Shown one piece after another: positions 1 to 4,806 of a stretch of 6,659 nt of DNA. Both the position numbers and the translations under genes were made by a program. Below the pieces are notes generated by a model, which was not told the DNA's origin, ran no database searches, and saw only the letters and a program-made list of their open reading frames with translations. The DNA is from Patescibacteria group bacterium. Its GTDB lineage: Bacteria > Patescibacteriota > Minisyncoccia > UBA6257 > HR35. The stretch's first letter is position 1. The number at the start of each line of letters is the position of its first letter. The stretch lies in assembly GCA_030549845.1 (NCBI GenBank), contig JAUQQN010000004.1:1-6659 (forward strand). Reading direction: 5' to 3'.

Positions 1-1
1 A

Positions 2-700
2 GAAAAACTTGAACAATTAAATAGGATTAAATCTGAGTTTTTATCTTTTGCTTCACATCAAGTTAAGGCACCAATGGCTGTTGTTAAGGGCTATGCAGAA
101 TTAATTGCCGAATCAATGGAAAATGTTCCTGAACAAGCTAGGGATTTTGCTAAGAAAATTAAAAATTCTGTTGATAACCTTTTAGAATTGGTGGAAGAAT
201 TTATGGATTATCGAAAAATTGAAGAAGGAAAAATGGAGTTACATTTTGAGGAAGTTGAAATTGTAAATTTAATTAAAGAAATTATTAACAACTTCCAGTT
301 AATAGCAAACGAAAAAGGACTAGAACTTACTTTTGAAACTAATTTAGAACAATTAATTATCAAAGCTGACAAAATTAGAATTTCTCAGGTAATTCAAAAT
401 TTAATAGACAATGCAATAAAATATACTCTTAAAGGATGGGTAAGGGTAAGTCTTTCTAAAGAAAATAATAAAGTTTTAATAACTGTTGCTGATTCAGGTA
501 TAGGAATGTCGAAAGAACTTCAATCGAAGCTTTTTGGTGAATTTGTTAGAGATCCTAGTATTAAAAGAGAAATTAGAGGGACGGGTTTGGGGCTTTATAT
601 AGCAAAATATATAGTAGAAGCCCATAAAGGGAAAATTTGGGCAGAATCTGAAGGAGAAGGAAAAGGAAGTAGATTTTACGTAGAGTTACCTATTTCTTAA
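2..700 (+). CDS. Sensor histidine kinase, C-terminal HisKA (DHp) + HATPase_c part; 5'-partial, continues beyond the left edge
   Basis: The frame is open from nt 2. Codons 2-73 read EKLEQLNRIKSEFLSFASHQVKAP, an H-box with the phospho-acceptor His at 56-58. That His lies upstream of the track's first Met (74), so the true CDS starts outside the window. N box QVIQNLIDNAIKYT (Asn codon 410-412), G1 DSGIGM, F box LFGEFV, G2 GTGLGLYIAK. Stop TAA 698-700. Confidence 0.92.
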   Translation, partial: EKLEQLNRIKSEFLSFASHQVKAPMAVVKGYAELIAESMENVPEQARDFAKKIKNSVDNLLELVEEFMDYRKIEEGKMELHFEEVEIVNLIKEIINNFQLIANEKGLELTFETNLEQLIIKADKIRISQVIQNLIDNAIKYTLKGWVRVSLSKENNKVLITVADSGIGMSKELQSKLFGEFVRDPSIKREIRGTGLGLYIAKYIVEAHKGKIWAESEGEGKGSRFYVELPIS

Positions 701-702
701 GA

Positions 703-723
703 TTTAAAACTTATATAAAACTT
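703..723 (+). repeat. Two direct 10-mers, TTTAAAACTT (703-712) and TATAAAACTT (714-723), with 11-bp register
   Basis: Read directly in the kinase/RR1 spacer, just upstream of the TATAAT at 737. The repeat is short and AT-rich, so chance is not excluded. Confidence 0.3.
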
Positions 724-736
724 GACAAAGACGTTT

Positions 737-742
737 TATAAT
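737..742 (+). promoter_or_regulatory. Exact TATAAT (-10-like) 6 nt upstream of ATG 749; the predicted +1 coincides with the A of the ATG (leaderless configuration)
   Basis: Hexamer read directly; gap 743-748. No Shine-Dalgarno sequence. No good -35 at 17 bp (TATAAA at 714-719). Confidence 0.35.
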
Positions 743-748
743 TATTTA

Positions 749-1141
749 ATGAATGGTGAAGAAAACAAGAAATTAATTTTTTTGATAGATGATGACATAA
801 ATTTTTGTAATCTTTTTACCTTACTTTTGGAGAAAGAGAAAATTAATGTAAAATGTTTTTTTGAACTAGAAGATGCTTTAAAAGCATTAGAAGATGAAAT
901 ACCTAATTTAATTTTATTGGATATAGCAATGCCAAAAATAAATGGATTTAATGGTTTAATAGAAATAAAGAAATTATTAAAAGACAAAACGATACCAATA
1001 CTTTTTGTCACAAATTTAGATTACACAGATAATGGACAGAGGGTTGATGAAGCTTTAGCGAGGTCATTTGGTGCTGATGGCCTAATCCACAAAACTGAAA
1101 GCTTAGAAGAAATTTTAAAAAAAATTAAATCTTTTTTATAA
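749..1141 (+). CDS. Stand-alone response-regulator receiver (CheY-like, no output domain)
   Basis: Acidic pair LIDDD, phospho-acceptor Asp in LILLDIAMP (gat 920-922), Thr in LFVTN (1010-1012), Lys in LIHK (1091-1093). The ORF opens at TTG 722. I prefer ATG 749 because a TATAAT at 737-742 places a predicted +1 on that ATG, and the extra MTKTFYNYL is not part of a receiver fold. The start remains uncertain. Confidence 0.85.
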   Translation: MNGEENKKLIFLIDDDINFCNLFTLLLEKEKINVKCFFELEDALKALEDEIPNLILLDIAMPKINGFNGLIEIKKLLKDKTIPILFVTNLDYTDNGQRVDEALARSFGADGLIHKTESLEEILKKIKSFL

Positions 1142-1142
1142 T
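1137..1142 (+). promoter_or_regulatory. Exact TATAAT (-10-like) overlapping the RR1 stop codon, 11 nt upstream of ATG 1154
   Basis: Hexamer read directly. TTTAAA at 1114-1119 gives a 17-bp spacer (4/6 match to TTGACA). No Shine-Dalgarno sequence before 1154. Confidence 0.35.
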
Positions 1143-1153
1143 TTAACATAAAA

Positions 1154-1558
1154 ATGGACCTAGGCAAAAAAATTTTATTAGTTGATGATGATCCTAATTT
1201 TAGAGAGATATGGAAAAACAAATTAGCTTATGAAGGTTTTGAGGTGATTGAAGCGCAAAATGGAGAGGAAGCTCTAAAAATTTTAGAAAGCACCAAACCT
1301 GATTTAATCTTATTAGATATTTTAATGCCAAACATAAATGGGGTGGAGGTATTTTTAAAAATAAAAGAAAACCCTGAACTGCAAAATATAAAGGTAATTT
1401 TTATAACTTCTATGGATGAAGATAGTGAAGATTTTGAGTTAATTAGTCAGTACCATAAAAAATTAGCAGAAGAAATAGGTGCAATTGATTATTTAACAAA
1501 AGCTGCAGATCTTGATGAATTAATAAACAAAGTAAAAAGCGTTTTAAGTGCTAGCTAA
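1154..1558 (+). CDS. Stand-alone response-regulator receiver (CheY-like, no output domain), paralog of the preceding gene
   Basis: LLVDDD, phospho-acceptor Asp in LILLDILMP (gat 1316-1318), Thr in IFITS (1406-1408), Lys in DYLTK (1499-1501). 134 aa, so there is no room for an effector domain. The stretch around the phospho-Asp matches RR1 at 34 of 41 nt by my hand alignment. Confidence 0.9.
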   Translation: MDLGKKILLVDDDPNFREIWKNKLAYEGFEVIEAQNGEEALKILESTKPDLILLDILMPNINGVEVFLKIKENPELQNIKVIFITSMDEDSEDFELISQYHKKLAEEIGAIDYLTKAADLDELINKVKSVLSAS

Positions 1559-2349
1559 TAATTTTCCTTTATAAATTTATCAACCCCTTCAGCTATTCCT
1601 TGAGCTACATTTTTATAACCTAGGATTAAAATTAATAAATCTTTTTGATTTTGCATATTTCCCATTTCCAAAATCACAGCTGGGGTTTTGGGATGAATTG
1701 CATGTTTATATTTTGACCAATTAAAAGCATAATAATGAGTCATATTTGAAGTAAATTCATCTATAAACTGTAAATTTGTATATTTTGAATAAGATTCTAT
1801 AATTGAATCTTTTAATTTAAATGCTTTACCCGAATAATCAATAAACGGAGTTGAAATCATAAAACCACTAACTTTTTTATCTGTAGAATTTGCATGAATT
1901 GCAATAAAAGCATCAGCATAATATTCTGGAGGAACAACTGCGGGTAAAAGCTCAACTTTATAACCTTTAGATTCTAAGATATTTTTTACTTCACTACCTA
2001 TAAGGTAATTTATATCTACTTCTTTTAAGCTGCTTATGACAGCTCCTGTTTTAGATATTCGTTTTAGCTCTATTGGTGGATTTTCTTTTATCCAATGTCC
2101 TATTTGAATTCCTATTTTTATTGGACCTTCTGGTCTTTCCCAATTATCAAAATTAGGAAATCTAAAGTAGAGAGCTTCTTTTGAAAATTCTGGAAATGGT
2201 TGAATATATATTTCACTAAGTTTTAAAATTAATTCATCAATGTTAAATACATTTGCTGATGACAAAAGTGCTAATAAAGTTAGAATATTTATTAGAAAGG
2301 TTGGATTATTTATCATTTTTAAAAATAAATTATAATCATTAAATAACAT
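1555..2349 (-). CDS. N-acetylmuramoyl-L-alanine amidase (Amidase_3 / CwlD-AmiC type) with N-terminal signal or anchor helix
   Basis: Amidase_3 pattern: IQIGHW ... TGAV ... LKEVDIN ... YADAFIAIHANS ... SGFMIS ... PAVILEMGNMQNQKD ... AQGIAEGV (Zn-ligand-like H, E, H and the catalytic-region E). Hydrophobic N-terminus FLINILTLLALLSSA. The maximal ORF starts at 2349; an in-frame ATG at 2316 (Met12) is an equally plausible start. Stop TAG 1557..1555. Confidence 0.78.
   Translation of the reverse strand: MLFNDYNLFLKMINNPTFLINILTLLALLSSANVFNIDELILKLSEIYIQPFPEFSKEALYFRFPNFDNWERPEGPIKIGIQIGHWIKENPPIELKRISKTGAVISSLKEVDINYLIGSEVKNILESKGYKVELLPAVVPPEYYADAFIAIHANSTDKKVSGFMISTPFIDYSGKAFKLKDSIIESYSKYTNLQFIDEFTSNMTHYYAFNWSKYKHAIHPKTPAVILEMGNMQNQKDLLILILGYKNVAQGIAEGVDKFIKENY
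2329..2336. promoter_or_regulatory. Palindromic ATTATAAT that reads TATAAT on both strands, between amidase Met12 (2316) and the rpiB ATG (2348)
   Basis: Plus-strand TATAAT at 2331-2336 is 11 nt before ATG 2348. Minus-strand TATAAT at 2334..2329 is 12 nt before ATG 2316. Confidence 0.35.
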
Positions 2350-2803
2350 GGAGTCAATAAAAATTTTTATAGGTTGTGATCATAGAGGATTTGAACTAAA
2401 AAACAAACTTTTAGAAAAATTTAAAAAACACAATTATCATGTAATAGATTTAGGAGCTTTTAGTTATAATCCAGATGATGATTACCCAGATATAGCATAT
2501 AAATTGGCTTTAGAAGTAGCTAAAAATGAAAACAGTAAAGGTATCTTACTTTGTGGCTCAGGTGTAGGAGTTTGCATAACCGCAAATAAAGTAAAAGGTA
2601 TTAGGGCTTGTTTAGGATTAAGCCCAGAAATAATTCAAAAAGCAAGAGAAGATGATGACATAAATGTATTATGCCTTCCTGCTGATTTTATTGACGAGAA
2701 TCAAGCTTTTTATTTAATTGAAATATTTTTAAATACTATGTTTAAAAAAGAAGAAAAGCATATAAGAAGGCTAGAAAAAATTAAAAAAATAGAAGAGGCT
2801 TAA
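2348..2803 (+). CDS. rpiB: RpiB/LacA/LacB-family sugar-phosphate isomerase (ribose-5-phosphate isomerase B-like, divergent active-site motif)
   Basis: [44 protein letters not shown] (Cys codon 2552-2554), [19 protein letters not shown] all fit the RpiB family layout. 151 aa is the typical length. The usual R-x-H-N motif reads R-E-D-D here. Confidence 0.82.
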   Translation: MESIKIFIGCDHRGFELKNKLLEKFKKHNYHVIDLGAFSYNPDDDYPDIAYKLALEVAKNENSKGILLCGSGVGVCITANKVKGIRACLGLSPEIIQKAREDDDINVLCLPADFIDENQAFYLIEIFLNTMFKKEEKHIRRLEKIKKIEEA

Positions 2804-2813
2804 TTTTCTTCTA
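2775..2813 (-). terminator. Marginal hairpin + T-tract across the convergent rpiB/dnaJ stop codons (possible weak intrinsic terminator for the dnaJ transcript)
   Basis: TAGAAGA (2790-2796) pairs with TCTTCTA (2807-2813) around a 10-nt loop. On the minus strand the 3' arm is followed directly by TTTTTTTAATTTTTT (complement of 2775-2789). The stem has only 7 bp with 2 G:C pairs, so stability is doubtful. Confidence 0.2.
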
Positions 2814-3834
2814 GTTCTTTTCTCAACTCTTCCAATAGTTTTTTAGCTTTTGGTGAAAGTCTTTTGATAGGTTTAATCTTTATTTTCAAAATCAAGTCTC
2901 CTCCTTTTAATCCTTTGCCTAATATTTTTATGTATTCACCAGAGAATCCTTCTGGTATTTTTAATGGGATCTTTTCACCCAGAAAGTCTAAGATAAATTC
3001 TTTCCCTAAGATAAGATCAATTAAATTTAATTCTATTTCTCCTATAATATCCCTTCCTCTTATTTTGAATCTTGGGTGCGGTTTTATTCTTATTCTTACA
3101 ATAAGATCACCACTTTTTTTAGTAACTGGGTCTTGATCTCCTAATAATGGAATTTTAATTAATTCATAAGGATCAAAATGTGGAGGTAAATCAATATTTA
3201 CCACCTCTTCTTTTATTACATATCCTCTACCTTGACAATTTTTGCAAATAATTTCTGGTATTTGACCTTTACCATTACAGTTTTTACAAGTTTTTGTTGT
3301 TTCAAAAATAAACCCAGTAAAGAAACCTGATCTTGAAATAACTTTTCCCCTTCCATCACATACAGGGCATTTTATTAATTTACCACTTTCACTCCCTGTT
3401 CCTTTACAAATATTGCATATGGTTTTTCTTTTATAATTTATAATTTTTCTAGCTCCTCGAACAATTTCACTTAAATCAACTTCTAAATCCAAGATGATAT
3501 CTCTTTTTTCCTCGGGTGCAAAAGAAAAGAATTCTTCTATCAAATCACTTAAAAGATCATCAAAAGTTTGGTTTCTGAAAAATGAATGTAAATCCTCAAA
3601 ACCAAAAGGAAACTCAAACGAAAAACCTTCTTTCATCATTTTCCTTTTTTTATCATATTCTGCTCTTAATTTTTTATCTGAAAGCACTCTATAAGCTTCT
3701 AGAATTTTTTTGAACTTTTCAGGATCTCCGCCCATATCTGGATGATATTTTTTTGCAAGCTCCCTAAATTTCTTCTTTATCTCTTCTTCAGAAGCATTTT
3801 CTGGAACTCCTAAAATTTGATAATAATCTTCCAT
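2800..3834 (-). CDS. dnaJ: Chaperone DnaJ (type I Hsp40: J domain, CxxCxGxG zinc-finger domain, C-terminal substrate-binding domains)
   Basis: DYYQILGV ... KKYHPD (HPD codons 3744..3736). Four CxxCxGxG repeats: [32 protein letters not shown] (about 3417..3223). The C-terminus has the typical [12 protein letters not shown] motif. Stop TAA 2802..2800. Confidence 0.95.
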   Translation of the reverse strand: MEDYYQILGVPENASEEEIKKKFRELAKKYHPDMGGDPEKFKKILEAYRVLSDKKLRAEYDKKRKMMKEGFSFEFPFGFEDLHSFFRNQTFDDLLSDLIEEFFSFAPEEKRDIILDLEVDLSEIVRGARKIINYKRKTICNICKGTGSESGKLIKCPVCDGRGKVISRSGFFTGFIFETTKTCKNCNGKGQIPEIICKNCQGRGYVIKEEVVNIDLPPHFDPYELIKIPLLGDQDPVTKKSGDLIVRIRIKPHPRFKIRGRDIIGEIELNLIDLILGKEFILDFLGEKIPLKIPEGFSGEYIKILGKGLKGGDLILKIKIKPIKRLSPKAKKLLEELRKELEEN

Positions 3835-3836
3835 TT

Positions 3837-4784
3837 TTATATACTGATTACTTCTTTATCAATTTTCTCAAATTTAATTTCAACTAATTTTAAATATTTG
3901 ATTAAACTAAAAATAAGAAATGCAATTATTAAACCAAAATAGCCTAATATAATCAAAATATATCTCAAAACTAAAATAATAATTAATCCTATTATTATTT
4001 TAACACCCATGAATGTAGAAGGGGTTTGTCTTAGGTTTTCTATTCTATTTACAATATAATCACTTATAGCCTCTTTAAAGGTTGAATCTTTCTTTAGATT
4101 TAAATTGAAATTCTTATTGAGCTCAGCAATGGCAATTTCTATCATTTGTTCTTTTGTTTTTTCGTCAATATTTTGCGGTAAATTTTTAGTTAAAATATCT
4201 GATACTTTGGTATTTGGTGTTATCCCTAAATTTAAAACTTCAAAAAAATAATTTAATGAACTAATGAAATTAATAATTTTATCTTTGGATAAACTTTGCA
4301 CATCATAACCTACTATAAGCCATAAAAAAAATGAAAATATTAAAATATAAATGTAAAAATCCCAGCTTGTTAAAAATAACTTACTGAAATCTAATTTAAT
4401 TAAGCTTTCATAAATCCTTTTAATTTTCCACCATAAAATTAGATTAAAAAAAATAAAAATTAATGCAATATAAAGAATCAGGTTTAAATTTTCATATTGA
4501 AATTTTAAAACATAAAAAAGAAATCCGAATAATAAAATAACTGGGAAAATTATTAATCCGATATTTTCTAAAAAAGAATTAACTAAACAAGAGATTGTTC
4601 TTAATGCTAAAAATAAAACTAAAAAGACTAAAAAGAAAATTAAATAATAAAAATTTTTATTTATAAGGAATATTGATAAAGCCCAAAATGAAAGCACAAA
4701 AAATCCTAAAACCAAAAGAAAAAGAATAGTAGATTTGATATAAGGTATTCGAATCTTTAAATACTCTTGTGTGGTAATTACCAT
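3837..4784 (-). CDS. Hypothetical polytopic membrane protein (315 aa, about 6-7 TM segments plus one soluble segment of about 100 aa); no family recognised
   Basis: A 315-codon ORF in a genome where stop codons are frequent off-frame. Hydrophobic segments at about aa 18-41, 45-68, 75-93, 101-120, 143-160 and 261-297. Hydrophilic K/N/E-rich segment at about aa 161-259 (nt about 4008-4304). Same strand as dnaK and dnaJ: 22 nt after the dnaK stop, and its own stop (3839..3837) is 2 nt before the dnaJ ATG. Confidence 0.8.
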   Translation of the reverse strand: MVITTQEYLKIRIPYIKSTILFLLVLGFFVLSFWALSIFLINKNFYYLIFFLVFLVLFLALRTISCLVNSFLENIGLIIFPVILLFGFLFYVLKFQYENLNLILYIALIFIFFNLILWWKIKRIYESLIKLDFSKLFLTSWDFYIYILIFSFFLWLIVGYDVQSLSKDKIINFISSLNYFFEVLNLGITPNTKVSDILTKNLPQNIDEKTKEQMIEIAIAELNKNFNLNLKKDSTFKEAISDYIVNRIENLRQTPSTFMGVKIIIGLIIILVLRYILIILGYFGLIIAFLIFSLIKYLKLVEIKFEKIDKEVISI

Positions 4785-4794
4785 AGAAATTTAA

Positions 4795-4803
4795 ATTATA
4801 ACA
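4795..4803 (-). promoter_or_regulatory. Extended -10 (TGTTATAAT = TGnTATAAT) in the 22-nt dnaK/membrane-gene spacer, 10 nt upstream of ATG 4784
   Basis: The minus strand reads TTA TGT TATAAT TTAAATTTCT ATG immediately after the dnaK TAG stop. Predicted +1 is about 4788, giving a leader of about 4 nt. Confidence 0.4.
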
Positions 4804-4806
4804 TAA

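Noticed and set aside
722-742. Perfect TTGACA (722-727) near TATAAT (737-742) as a canonical sigma70 promoter
   Set aside because: The spacer is only 9 bp, far from the 16-18 bp needed. Pairing TTGACA with a 17-bp spacer gives TTTAAT at 745-750, which would start transcription downstream of ATG 749. The TTGACA also coincides with the alternative TTG start and the second direct repeat.
722-748. TTG at 722 as the RR1 start (track ORF 722..1141)
   Set aside because: Not excluded, but the 9 extra residues (MTKTFYNYL) precede a normal receiver N-terminus. ATG 749 sits exactly at the +1 predicted from the TATAAT at 737-742. I kept 749 as the preferred start with stated uncertainty.
742-1221. Antisense ORFs 742..1011 (89 aa) and 1021..1221 (66 aa) opposite the receiver genes
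   Set aside because: They lie entirely inside, or straddle, well-supported receiver CDSs. Their translations are low-complexity (S/K/F/I-rich) with no motifs. They are best explained by codon bias on the sense strand.
3431-3444. Tandem TTATAAT x2 inside dnaJ
   Set aside because: It is coding sequence (the antisense of the codons for IINYK) and an incidental AT-rich repeat. It also illustrates the background frequency of TATAAT within genes.
2864-3694. Antisense ORFs 2864..3136 (90 aa) and 3494..3694 (66 aa) opposite dnaJ
   Set aside because: Both are embedded in a strongly supported dnaJ CDS. Neither has a recognisable domain or start context.
4618-4635. In-frame 9-bp tandem duplication ACTAAAAAG x2, encoding FLV-FLV in TM2 of the membrane protein
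   Set aside because: The repeat is real but tiny. It is probably a slippage event in a low-complexity hydrophobic segment, with no evident function.
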